From an uncultured Clostridia bacterium (lineage in GTDB: Bacteria; Bacillota; Clostridia; UMGS1810), in assembly GCA_905210855.1 (NCBI GenBank), contig CAJLYL010000001.1, positions 1,641-65,640 on the forward strand: a DNA stretch of 64,000 bases, in the 5' to 3' direction. Shown here one piece after another: positions 26,965-35,986 of this stretch (position 1 is the stretch's first letter; each line of letters starts with the position of its first letter). Made by a program: the position numbers and the translations under genes. The notes under the pieces were generated by a model. The model had not been told where the DNA came from, ran no database searches, and was given only the letters and a program-made list of their open reading frames with translations.

Positions 26965-28650
26965 GTGACGAGTATGCCGGATTGTCTGACCCTAAAAAAG
27001 TCAAACTGCAAGAACTGTTACAAATGCATCCGCCACTGCCCCGTTAAGTCAATCAGATTTTCGGGGAATCAGGCACACATAGTCGGCAATGAATGTATTC
27101 TTTGCGGCCACTGTTTTGTGGTCTGTCCGCAGAATGCGAAAGAAATTGTTGACGAGACAGAAAAAGTAAAACTTTTTTTGCGCGGCGGCTCACCCGTATA
27201 TGTGAGCATGGCACCTTCGTTTGTCGCTAACTACGACGGCGTGGGTATAGGCGCTATGCGCTCCGCACTCAAAAAACTCGGGTTTGATGAGGTGGAGGAG
27301 ACCGCTGTGGGCGCAACTATTGTAAAAAATGAATATGAACGCATACTTGAACAGGAGGAGAGGGATATTGTCATCTCCTCCTGTTGTCATGCAGTCAATT
27401 TGCTGATTCAAAAGTATTTTCCGTCCGAGCTTAAGTATCTTGCCGATGTGGTGTCGCCCATGCAGGCGCACTGCCTCGACATAAAACGCCGCTGCCCCGA
27501 CGCCAAGACGGTGTTCGTCGGCCCGTGCGTTGCAAAAAAAGACGAGGCGGAGCACTACGCCGGCATTGTGGACGCTGTGCTCACCTTTGAGGAACTGAGC
27601 AATATGCTGTCCGAGGCAGGCATAGAGCCTGAGCACGAGATGGACTCCGACAATGAGAGCCGCGCCAGGTTTTTCCCGACTGTCGGCGGCATCCTCAAGA
27701 CCATGACGAAAGATATGCCCGACTACACATACATGGCGATAGACGGCACCGAGAACTGCATTGCCGCGCTGCGCGATATTGAGAGCGGCAAGATACATAA
27801 GTGCTTCATAGAGATGTCGTCGTGCGTGGGCAGCTGCATAGGCGGCCCCGTCATGGAAAAATACCACCGCTCGCCCGTCAGGGATTACATGACTGTGGCA
27901 GATTTTGCCGGAAAGGCGGATTTTGCCGTGGAGCAGCCGGAGACGGTGGACATAAAAAAGAATTTTGAATATATAGAGCACAAGCTGAAGATGCCGAGCG
28001 AGGACGAGATAACCGACATTCTGCACCAGATGGGCAAGATGAAACCTTCCGATGAGCTCAACTGCGGCTCCTGCGGCTACGACAGCTGCCGCGAGAAAGC
28101 CGTTGCCATCTTCCAGGGCAAGGCGGAGATATCCATGTGTCTGCCGTACCTCATGGAAAAGGCGGAGAGCTTCTCGGACAACATAGTGAACAACACGCCA
28201 AACGGCATTGTCGTGCTCAACGAGCGGCTTGAGGTTCAGCAGGTGAACGAGGCTGCGCGCGAGATAATGTGCATCCGCTCCGTGAGCGATATCCTCGGAG
28301 ACCAGGTGGTGCGCATACTTGATCCGGACATCTTTCTTCAGGTGCTCGAGACGGGCAAAGAGGTGCGCAACAAGCGAACTTATCTTGCCGAATACAAAAA
28401 ATATGTGGAGCAGACGGTTGTGTATGACAGCGGCAACAGGCTGCTGATTTGCATAATGCGCGATGTGTCCGACGAGGAGAACGAGAGGGAGCGCAAGGAG
28501 GTCATCAGCAAAAAGACAATCGAGACCGCAGACAAGGTTGTTGACAAGCAGATGAGAATAGTCCAGGAGATAGCGTCTCTGCTCGGCGAGACTGCCGCGG
28601 AGACAAAAATAGCCCTCTCCAAGCTGAAGGAGTCGATAAGCGATGAATAA
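26965..28650 (+). CDS. hydS: Sensory [FeFe]-hydrogenase-like protein with a C-terminal PAS domain (HydS / HfsB type)
   Basis: Two N-terminal 4Fe-4S motifs (CKNCYKCIRHCP, CILCGHCFVVCP). Divergent H-cluster motifs: SSCCHAV, GPCVAKKDE, EMSSCVGSCIGGP. An extra CGSCGYDSC cluster motif, then a PAS-like region (NTPNGIVVLNERLEVQQVNEAA). An alternative ATG lies at 26974. Confidence 0.85.
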   Translation: MTSMPDCLTLKKSNCKNCYKCIRHCPVKSIRFSGNQAHIVGNECILCGHCFVVCPQNAKEIVDETEKVKLFLRGGSPVYVSMAPSFVANYDGVGIGAMRSALKKLGFDEVEETAVGATIVKNEYERILEQEERDIVISSCCHAVNLLIQKYFPSELKYLADVVSPMQAHCLDIKRRCPDAKTVFVGPCVAKKDEAEHYAGIVDAVLTFEELSNMLSEAGIEPEHEMDSDNESRARFFPTVGGILKTMTKDMPDYTYMAIDGTENCIAALRDIESGKIHKCFIEMSSCVGSCIGGPVMEKYHRSPVRDYMTVADFAGKADFAVEQPETVDIKKNFEYIEHKLKMPSEDEITDILHQMGKMKPSDELNCGSCGYDSCREKAVAIFQGKAEISMCLPYLMEKAESFSDNIVNNTPNGIVVLNERLEVQQVNEAAREIMCIRSVSDILGDQVVRILDPDIFLQVLETGKEVRNKRTYLAEYKKYVEQTVVYDSGNRLLICIMRDVSDEENERERKEVISKKTIETADKVVDKQMRIVQEIASLLGETAAETKIALSKLKESISDE

Positions 28651-29815
28651 TCTGTGCGCTGAGATTGGCTACAAGAGCGTAAACCACGTGGGGGAACAGC
28701 TCTGCGGCGACCATGTTGAGGTAATAGACCATGACGAAAACTCCACCGTGGTGGTGCTTGCGGACGGACTCGGCAGCGGAGTAAAGGCAAGCATACTCTC
28801 CACGCTGACTTCAAAAATCATCTCGACCATGATTGCCGAGGGGCTGAAGATTGAGGACTGTGTGGAGACAATCGCCGCTACTCTGCCCGTGTGCTCGGTG
28901 CGTGGTGTGGCGTATTCCACCTTTACCATAGTGCACCTTATAGACAGTGAGGTTGCCGAGGTGATTCAGTACGACAACCCCCAGCTGATACTCATCCGCG
29001 ACGGGGTAAATTTTGATTACCCCAAGACGGAACTTAACATAGACGGAAAGAAAATCTACAAATCCGTGATAGACTTGCAAAACAATGATATATTTATAGC
29101 CATGAGCGACGGCTGTCCTCACGCCGGCATCGGCACATCATATAATTTCGGCTGGAGCAGGGATGATATAATAGAGTTTATGGAACCTGTGTCGGTTGCC
29201 GGCTACACGGCAAAAACCCTCTCCACCATACTCGTGGACGAGTGCAACAGGCTCTATGGCGGCGAGCCGGGCGATGATGCCACGGCTTGTGTTATCAGAA
29301 TTCGGGAGAGAGAGCCGATGAACATCCTCTTTGGCCCGCCGTCAAACCGCGACGACAGCAACCGCATGATGTCGCTGTTCTTCTCCAAAAAGGGCAAGCA
29401 CATAGTCTGCGGCGGCACCACCTCTACCATTGCGGCAAAGTATCTGCGCAAACCGCTGCGCGCCAGCCTCAGCTATGAGGAATCCGATGTGCCGCCTATG
29501 GGTGAGATAGAGGGAGTTGACCTTGTGACCGAGGGCGTCATCACCATAAACAAGGTGCTCACCTATGCAAAGGACTATCTGAACGACAATGAGACCTACA
29601 CCCAATGGTGCTTCAAGCACGACGGTGCTTCTCAGATAGCGCGGCTGCTTTTTGAGGAGGCTACCGATATTAATTTCTATGTCGGCAGGGCGATTAATCC
29701 GGCGCACCAGAATCCGGAGCTGCCGATTAATTTTAACATAAAGATGAACCTTGTAGAGGAGCTGTCGCAGTGTCTGCGGCAGATGGGCAAGAGAATTAAA
29801 ATCAGTTATTTTTAA
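28643..29815 (+). CDS. PP2C/SpoIIE-family serine phosphatase with an uncharacterised ~170-aa C-terminal extension (HfsC-like)
   Basis: GDHVEVIDHDENSTVVVLADGLGSGVKASILS...IAMSDG. The ATG overlaps the hydS stop (ATGAATAA), which implies translational coupling. Confidence 0.8.
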   Translation: MNNLCAEIGYKSVNHVGEQLCGDHVEVIDHDENSTVVVLADGLGSGVKASILSTLTSKIISTMIAEGLKIEDCVETIAATLPVCSVRGVAYSTFTIVHLIDSEVAEVIQYDNPQLILIRDGVNFDYPKTELNIDGKKIYKSVIDLQNNDIFIAMSDGCPHAGIGTSYNFGWSRDDIIEFMEPVSVAGYTAKTLSTILVDECNRLYGGEPGDDATACVIRIREREPMNILFGPPSNRDDSNRMMSLFFSKKGKHIVCGGTTSTIAAKYLRKPLRASLSYEESDVPPMGEIEGVDLVTEGVITINKVLTYAKDYLNDNETYTQWCFKHDGASQIARLLFEEATDINFYVGRAINPAHQNPELPINFNIKMNLVEELSQCLRQMGKRIKISYF

Positions 29816-29830
29816 GCGGAGGAACGAAAA

Positions 29831-31255
29831 ATGAGAAAATTTGATACAACCGTGCAGGATATCAAATACCGAGTGCTGCGCGAAGTTGCAAAAATGGCAT
29901 GGAACGACACCCTGGCTAAACACTCAATTGACATTCCGCAAATGATAGTGCCCGGCAAGAACCCCACCATGCGCTGCTGCGTGTACAAGGAGAGGGCTAT
30001 CCTGGGCGAAAGAGTAAAACTCGCTATGGGCGGCAACGAGAATAACCCGAATGTGATAGAGGTGATAGACATTGCCTGTGACGAGTGCCCTGTCGGCGGC
30101 TACGAGGTCACCGTGTCGTGCCGCGGCTGCCTTGCGCATCGGTGCGAAAATGCCTGTCGTTTCGGCGCTATCACCTTTGACGAACATCATGCTGCCCACA
30201 TAGATAAATCCAAATGTAGGGAGTGCGGCGCCTGCTCCAAGGTCTGTCCGTACAACGCTATTACAAATCACATACGCCCCTGTCAGAATGCCTGCAAGGT
30301 TAAGGCGATAAACATTAATGACGACAAGGCGGCGGTCATAGACAACGACAAGTGCATATCATGCGGAGCTTGTGTGTACCAGTGTCCATTCGGAGCAATT
30401 ACGGACAAATCGCAGATTGTTGACGTGGTGGAACTCTTAAAGAACGCCAAGGCGGAGGGCAGCGGAAAGACATACGCCGTGGTTGCACCGTCTATATCCA
30501 GTCAGTTTACATATGCGCGCCTCGGTCAAGTGATTACGGGGTTGAAAAATTTAGGGTTTCACACCGTAATAGAGGCGGCTCTCGGTGCGGACATGGTAGC
30601 GCAGGCGGAATCGCGCGAACTTGCGGAGAAAGGTTTTCTCACAAGCTCGTGTTGTCCGGCATTTGTCAGCTATATAAAGAAAAACTTTCCGCAGCTGATC
30701 GGGAATGTATCGCATAATCTTTCGCCTATGGCGACCATATCCAAGTACATCAAGGACACCACGGAGAATGCGAAGATTGTTTTTATAGGCCCGTGCACGG
30801 CAAAGAAAGCAGAGGTCAGGCTCGACGGTGTGAGACCCTATGTTGACGCTGTGCTCACCTTTGAGGAACTCCAGGCATTGTTTGACAGCAGGGATATAGA
30901 CATCACTGCGCTCGGCGACGGTGTGCTGGATAACGCGTCATATTTCGGCAGAATATTTGCGCGGTGCGGCGGACTTGCCGACGCCGTGGCTCAAGGCTTA
31001 AAGGAACAGGGACTGGATGATTTTGAACTCAAGGCAGTGTCGTGCGACGGCATTGAGCAGTGCAAGGTGGCTCTGCTCAAAAAGAACAAAGGCGTGCTCG
31101 ACGCCAACTTCATAGAGGGCATGGCTTGCATAGGCGGCTGCATAGGCGGTGCAGGGTGTCTTACCCACGGGCCAAAGGATAAGGCAGAGGTGGATAAATA
31201 CGGGCGCGAAGCACTGGAGAAAACCATCGCCGACGCGGTGGCGGTGCTGAGGTAA
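29831..31255 (+). CDS. [FeFe]-hydrogenase catalytic subunit, monomeric group-B-like (HfsD-like)
   Basis: Several 4Fe-4S motifs (CRECGACSKVCP, CISCGACVYQCP). Canonical H-cluster motifs: TSSCCPAFVSY, GPCTAKKAE, EGMACIGGCIGGAG. Confidence 0.85.
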   Translation: MRKFDTTVQDIKYRVLREVAKMAWNDTLAKHSIDIPQMIVPGKNPTMRCCVYKERAILGERVKLAMGGNENNPNVIEVIDIACDECPVGGYEVTVSCRGCLAHRCENACRFGAITFDEHHAAHIDKSKCRECGACSKVCPYNAITNHIRPCQNACKVKAININDDKAAVIDNDKCISCGACVYQCPFGAITDKSQIVDVVELLKNAKAEGSGKTYAVVAPSISSQFTYARLGQVITGLKNLGFHTVIEAALGADMVAQAESRELAEKGFLTSSCCPAFVSYIKKNFPQLIGNVSHNLSPMATISKYIKDTTENAKIVFIGPCTAKKAEVRLDGVRPYVDAVLTFEELQALFDSRDIDITALGDGVLDNASYFGRIFARCGGLADAVAQGLKEQGLDDFELKAVSCDGIEQCKVALLKKNKGVLDANFIEGMACIGGCIGGAGCLTHGPKDKAEVDKYGREALEKTIADAVAVLR

Positions 31256-31263
31256 TTTATAAT

Positions 31264-31291
31264 GCATAATTATGCGCGCAGCGCAATTCAT
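31264..31291 (+). repeat. 28-nt direct repeat, copy 1 (9 nt after the hydrogenase stop)
   Basis: gcataattatgcgcgcagcgcaattcat matches 26/28 with the copy at 32461-32488. Confidence 0.85.
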
Positions 31292-31311
31292 TAAATTAGG
31301 AGGAGACAATC

Positions 31312-32466
31312 ATGCAAATAACAAATGACATAAAATACATTGGCGTAAACGACCGAACCATCGACCTTTTTGAAGGTCAATTCACCGTGGAAAACGGCAT
31401 GGCATACAATTCGTATGTCATCACCGATGAAAAAATCGCCGTGTTCGACACGGTGGACGCTCGTTTCGGCGGCGAATGGCTCGCCAATCTGAACTCGGCG
31501 CTCGGCGGCAGAACACCGGATTATCTCATAGTACAGCACATGGAGCCTGACCACTCGGCGAACATTGCAGCCTTTGCGCAAAAATATCCGTCCGCCGGAA
31601 TTGCGGCGAGCGCCAAGGCATTTGTCATGATGAAACAGTTCTTCGGCACGGATTTTGCCGACAGGCAGCTTGTTGTGGGCGAGGGCGACACCCTCAGTCT
31701 CGGACGGCACACCCTCACATTCCTCACCGCGCCAATGGTGCATTGGCCCGAGGTAATCGTGACCTATGACGATTGCGGCAAGGTGCTTTTCTCCGCAGAC
31801 GGTTTCGGCAAATTCGGCGCGCTCGACGCGGACGAGGACTGGGCGTGCGAGGCGCGCAGATATTATTTCGGCATAGTCGGCAAGTACGGCGCACCGGTTC
31901 AGGGTCTGCTCAAAAAGGCTGCCGGACTTGATATTGAAAAAATCTGTCCGCTCCACGGGCCTGTCCTTACAGAGAATCTTGATTATTATCTGGATCTTTA
32001 CAACACATGGTCGTCATACGGAGTGGAATCGGACGGCGTAACGGTTGCCTACACCTCGGTTTACGGCAACACCAGGCAGGCGGCGGAGTACCTTGCGGAC
32101 AGACTGCGCGAAAAGGGCTGCCCCAAGGTTGCGCTTAATGACCTTGCGCGGTGCGACATGGCAGAGGCGGTGGAGGACGCTTTCCGTTACGGAAAACTTG
32201 TGCTTGCCACCACCACTTACAACGGCGACATCTTCCCGTTTATGCGCACATTTATCGAGGCGCTGCGTGAGAGGGGTTATCAAAACCGCCGTATAGGATT
32301 TGCAGAGAACGGCAGCTGGGCGCCGACGGCAGCGCGCATTATGAGGCAGCTGCTTGAGGGCGGCAAAAATCTTGAGTTTGCCGATACGGTTGTCACGGTT
32401 AAGTCGGCGGTGACGGACGAAAATAAGGCGCAGCTTGATAAGCTGGCGGATGAAATGCTTGCATAA
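31312..32466 (+). CDS. fprA: FprA-family A-type flavoprotein (flavodiiron protein: metallo-beta-lactamase fold + flavodoxin)
   Basis: 384 aa. Di-iron motif VQHMEPDHS. N-terminal NSYVITDEKIAVFDTV. The C-terminal half is flavodoxin-like. Strong RBS AGGAGGAG. Confidence 0.85.
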   Translation: MQITNDIKYIGVNDRTIDLFEGQFTVENGMAYNSYVITDEKIAVFDTVDARFGGEWLANLNSALGGRTPDYLIVQHMEPDHSANIAAFAQKYPSAGIAASAKAFVMMKQFFGTDFADRQLVVGEGDTLSLGRHTLTFLTAPMVHWPEVIVTYDDCGKVLFSADGFGKFGALDADEDWACEARRYYFGIVGKYGAPVQGLLKKAAGLDIEKICPLHGPVLTENLDYYLDLYNTWSSYGVESDGVTVAYTSVYGNTRQAAEYLADRLREKGCPKVALNDLARCDMAEAVEDAFRYGKLVLATTTYNGDIFPFMRTFIEALRERGYQNRRIGFAENGSWAPTAARIMRQLLEGGKNLEFADTVVTVKSAVTDENKAQLDKLADEMLA

Positions 32467-32488
32467 TAATGCGCGCAGCGGAATTCAT
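32461..32488 (+). repeat. 28-nt direct repeat, copy 2 (overlaps the fprA stop codon)
   Basis: gcataataatgcgcgcagcggaattcat matches 26/28 with 31264-31291. Confidence 0.85.
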
Positions 32489-32521
32489 GTGCCTTTGGCA
32501 AATTCGCAGGAGGTTATACTG

Positions 32522-33340
32522 TTGACAACGGCAAAAATCAAAAAAATCGCGGACGGTCTTGGCAATATCGTCATGCGCCCGTTTGAATTTAACGGCATGA
32601 GAATTGAGGTGAACTATGCCCAAAGGGCAAAACACCCCAAGAACTGGGTCATAGCCGAACATTATCACCCATGGTTCGAGTTCAACTATGTGTCGTGCGG
32701 ATCGCTTTTTACCAATATCAACGGCAGCGAGCTTCTCATAAACGCCGGCGATTCGTACATTATACCGCCCGGGGTGCCCCATTCGCACAGGCACAACATG
32801 ACGGGCGACGATGGCATTTGCATCCGTTTCAGCATTGCCGCAGATGATGACAACGACATAGCCAAGGTGTTGTGTGCTCCTCATGCCGCGCCCTTTGAAT
32901 CACATATTGAGCGCATAAAGCTGCACGGCGGCATATACCGAATTCAGGCAGAATTTACTACATGGCTCATGAGGATGTACGACCTGTGGTGCACCGATGT
33001 GCCGCAGCCGTCGGCTGTCAACACTTTTGCGGCGCAGGTGATATTGTATCTTGAGGAATATTACGGCGATGTCAGGGTGGAGAATATCGCAAACGCCATG
33101 AATGTGAGTTATCGCACGCTTGCGCGAAAATTTGAGGCGGAGACGGGTATGTCCGTTTCGGACAAGCTGACGGAAATTCGATTGACCCATGCAAAACGCC
33201 TGCTGCTGTCAACGGATATGAATATGTATGACATAGCGCGCCGATGCGGCTATGAAAATGAATTTTACTTTTCCAAGAGATTTAAGCAGAAAATCTCCGT
33301 ATCGCCGAGGGAGTACAGAAAAAGCAACAGAATATTATAG
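32522..33340 (+). CDS. AraC-family transcriptional regulator (cupin + HTH)
   Basis: The cupin part has HYHPWFEFNYV...PPGVPHSH. C-terminal AraC HTH (YENEFYFSKRFKQKISVSPREYR). The start is placed at TTG 32522, 8 nt after AGGAGG (32508-32513). The longest ORF starts at 32435. Confidence 0.8.
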   Translation: MTTAKIKKIADGLGNIVMRPFEFNGMRIEVNYAQRAKHPKNWVIAEHYHPWFEFNYVSCGSLFTNINGSELLINAGDSYIIPPGVPHSHRHNMTGDDGICIRFSIAADDDNDIAKVLCAPHAAPFESHIERIKLHGGIYRIQAEFTTWLMRMYDLWCTDVPQPSAVNTFAAQVILYLEEYYGDVRVENIANAMNVSYRTLARKFEAETGMSVSDKLTEIRLTHAKRLLLSTDMNMYDIARRCGYENEFYFSKRFKQKISVSPREYRKSNRIL

Positions 33341-33571
33341 TGAAGTGAACCCCATTTGTCAGACAGAAATAAGTCTGATGAAAGGGGTCTTTTCATATGT
33401 AAAATTAAATATTATTTGGAATTACGATTGAAAATAGTTTTAGAATATTTAGGGGGAAGATGGTGTATGTTTTTGTGTTTGTACGCAAATCTTAGAATTT
33501 TGACTTTTTGTTTTCTTTGTGGTATGATAATAGCATAATTAAGAAATACTATTGAATCGGAGAGATAAACA

Positions 33572-33994
33572 ATGCTTATTTCCACCAAGGGCAGATACGC
33601 CCTGCAAGTAATGATTGCTCTGGCATCTCATGACAGGAGCGAGTTTGTGCCGCTCAAATCCATTGCCGAGGAGCAGCATATGTCGGCATCGGGAAAATAC
33701 CTCGAGGCTGTCATAACCGTGCTGTCCAAGGAGGGCATAATAGACGGTCACCGCGGCAAGGGCGGCGGTTACAGGCTCAACCGAAACGCTGAGGATTACT
33801 CGGTCGGCGAGATTCTGCGCGCGGCGGAGGGAGACCTCGCGCCGGTGTCGTGCATGGGGCTTAAGTCGCACCGCTGCGCCAACGCGGCGTCATGCAGCAC
33901 ACTGCCGCTGTGGCAGAAGCTCGATTCGCTTATTTCCGATTATCTTGACGGGATATCGCTTGCGGATCTTGTAAGTATGGCAAACGGGGGTTAA
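33572..33994 (+). CDS. Rrf2-family transcriptional regulator (IscR/CymR-like)
   Basis: MLISTKGRYALQVMIALA...GGGYRLNR, plus three C-terminal Cys (CMGLKSHRCANAASC) suggesting an Fe-S ligand site. It lies upstream of nifS-nifU. Confidence 0.9.
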   Translation: MLISTKGRYALQVMIALASHDRSEFVPLKSIAEEQHMSASGKYLEAVITVLSKEGIIDGHRGKGGGYRLNRNAEDYSVGEILRAAEGDLAPVSCMGLKSHRCANAASCSTLPLWQKLDSLISDYLDGISLADLVSMANGG

Positions 33995-34051
33995 TATATG
34001 CCGGCGGTTCGGAGCGCAGGGAACCTTTGCGATGTTTTTTGTCAAACGGCG

Positions 34052-34080
34052 TTGACATATCGGGTATCTTATGATATAAT
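34052..34080 (+). promoter_or_regulatory. Near-consensus sigma-A promoter for nifS-nifU
   Basis: TTGACA (34052-34057), a 17-nt spacer, then TGaTATAAT (hexamer 34075-34080), about 93 nt upstream of the nifS ATG. Confidence 0.7.
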
Positions 34081-34173
34081 CATATTAACCCACAAGGTAT
34101 ATAGGTAATTAAAAAACTACATTACAATGCGGACAGAAACTAAAATCCGTCCGCGGCTTAAGGAGACGATACA

Positions 34174-35364
34174 ATGACAATATATGCGGACAATGCGGCG
34201 ACAACCAAGATGAGCCGCACGGCAATAGATGCCATGCTGCCCTATATGGACAAGATTTACGGCAACCCCTCCAGCCTGCACAGCGTTGGGCAGGAGGCGG
34301 CAGAAGCGCTTACCAAGGCACGCGAGACCGTGGCTGAGTGCATAGGCTGCTCGCCGAAGGAAATCACCTTTACATCGGGCGGCAGCGAGGCTGACAACCA
34401 GGCTATAATCTCTGTCGCGAAAATCGGTGAGAGAAAGGGCAAAAAGCATATTATTTCAACAGCATTTGAGCACCATGCGGTGCTGCATACTCTAAAAAAG
34501 CTTGAGAAACAGGGCTTTGAGATAGAGCTGCTCCCCGTCGGGGAGACGGGCACAGTGACGGCGGCACAGGTTGAGGCGGCAATCCGCCCCGACACCTGTC
34601 TTGTCACTATTATGTATGCCAACAATGAGATTGGCTCGGTTATGCCGATTGCCGAAATCGGCGCGGTGTGCAGGGAAAAAGGCGTCACCTTCCACACGGA
34701 CGCGGTTCAGGCGACGGGTCATATCCGCATAGATGTCAAGGAGCAGAACATTGATATGATGTCTGCCTCGGCGCATAAGTTCCACGGGCCTAAGGGAGTA
34801 GGTTTTCTGTATGCACGTCAGGGCATACCGCTCACCAACATCATAGAGGGCGGTGCGCAGGAGCGCGGCAAACGCGCCGGCACGGAGAATATTCCCGGCA
34901 TAATGGGCATGGCGGCGGCGCTTAAGGAAATCTGCGCAAAGATAGATGACAACGCAGCCAAGGTGTCCGCGTTGCGCGACAGGCTTATTGAAGGCTTGTC
35001 AAAGATATCTCACTCGGCAGTCAACGGCGACACGGTAAACCGCCTGCCGGGCAATGTAAGCTTCTGCTTTGAGGGGATAGAGGGCGAGAGCCTGCTGCTG
35101 CTGCTCGATGAAAAGGGCATTTGCGCGTCGTCCGGCTCTGCGTGTACCTCCGGCTCGCTCGACCCGAGCCACGTGCTGCTTGCCATAGGCAGAGTTCATG
35201 AGGTGGCTCACGGTTCGCTGCGCCTTTCGCTCAGCGAGGAAAACACCGACGCGGACGTGGATTATATGCTGCGCGCAATCCCCGAGGTTGTGGATTATCT
35301 GCGCAATATGTCTCCGCTGTGGCGCGACAAGGTGAGCGGCAAGAAAGAGTTTATACTTAAATAA
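34174..35364 (+). CDS. nifS: Cysteine desulfurase, NifS type
   Basis: IYADNAATTKMS..., PLP-Lys motif SASAHKFHGPKGVGFLY, catalytic SSGSACTSGS. Confidence 0.92.
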   Translation: MTIYADNAATTKMSRTAIDAMLPYMDKIYGNPSSLHSVGQEAAEALTKARETVAECIGCSPKEITFTSGGSEADNQAIISVAKIGERKGKKHIISTAFEHHAVLHTLKKLEKQGFEIELLPVGETGTVTAAQVEAAIRPDTCLVTIMYANNEIGSVMPIAEIGAVCREKGVTFHTDAVQATGHIRIDVKEQNIDMMSASAHKFHGPKGVGFLYARQGIPLTNIIEGGAQERGKRAGTENIPGIMGMAAALKEICAKIDDNAAKVSALRDRLIEGLSKISHSAVNGDTVNRLPGNVSFCFEGIEGESLLLLLDEKGICASSGSACTSGSLDPSHVLLAIGRVHEVAHGSLRLSLSEENTDADVDYMLRAIPEVVDYLRNMSPLWRDKVSGKKEFILK

Positions 35365-35396
35365 ATAGATGAAAAACTGACTGGAGGGATTTTATC

Positions 35397-35831
35397 ATGG
35401 CTTTGTACAGTGATGTGGTAATGGATCATTTCAAGCACCCCAGAAATGTGGGCGTTATAGAGAATGCCGACGGCGTCGGCGAGGTTGGCAATGCAAAATG
35501 CGGAGATATAATGAAGATATATCTTAAGATAGATGACGGAATCATATCCGATGTCAAGTTTGAGACATTCGGCTGCGGTTCTGCCATAGCGTCAAGCTCT
35601 ATGGCAACGGAGATGATAAAGGGCAAACCGCTCTCCGACGCAATGAAGCTTACAAACAAGGCTGTTGCCGAGGCTCTTGACGGTCTGCCGGCGCACAAGC
35701 TGCACTGCTCTGTGCTTGCCGAGGAGGCAATAAAGGCGGCAATAGAGGATTATTACAAAAAGAACGGCATTGAGTATGATGCGTCGCAGTTCAATAACTG
35801 CGAGGCGTGCGGACACTGCTGCGATAAATGA
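35397..35831 (+). CDS. nifU: Fe-S cluster assembly scaffold, NifU/IscU type
   Basis: HFKHPRNVGVIENADGVGEVGNAKCGDIMKIYL...FETFGCGSAIASSS...HCSVLAEEAIKAAI. Confidence 0.92.
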   Translation: MALYSDVVMDHFKHPRNVGVIENADGVGEVGNAKCGDIMKIYLKIDDGIISDVKFETFGCGSAIASSSMATEMIKGKPLSDAMKLTNKAVAEALDGLPAHKLHCSVLAEEAIKAAIEDYYKKNGIEYDASQFNNCEACGHCCDK

Positions 35832-35864
35832 GCCGAGATATTGAAAATATCGAAAATTTTGCGG

Positions 35865-35893
35865 TTGATAAAACCGATTTTCGGATGTATAAT
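35865..35893 (+). promoter_or_regulatory. Strong orphan promoter downstream of nifU
   Basis: TTGATA (35865-35870), a 17-nt spacer, then TATAAT (35888-35893). Confidence 0.55.
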
Positions 35894-35899
35894 AAAAAC

Positions 35900-35986
35900 A
35901 GATAAAGGCAAAACCTCAAACGGTTATGCCAAGTGTGCTGGTAAGATAGCCTTACTTGACAAGGTGGGGGCTATCTTGCTTTTTTT
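35900..35986 (+). ncRNA. Candidate ~85-nt small RNA or leader (class unknown)
   Basis: Bounded by the promoter above and an intrinsic terminator. The terminator has a 9-bp stem aagatagcc/ggctatctt (35943-35951 with 35969-35977) and a T7 run (35980-35986). The downstream lipoprotein gene has its own TGaTAAAAT promoter. Confidence 0.35.

Noticed and set aside
35900-35986. Possible c-di-GMP-I (GEMM-I) riboswitch, suggested by the GGCAAAACC string
   Set aside because: The second conserved GEMM-I block (ACGCAAAGC) and the expected tetraloop/receptor arrangement are absent. I kept the region only as an unclassified sRNA/leader candidate.
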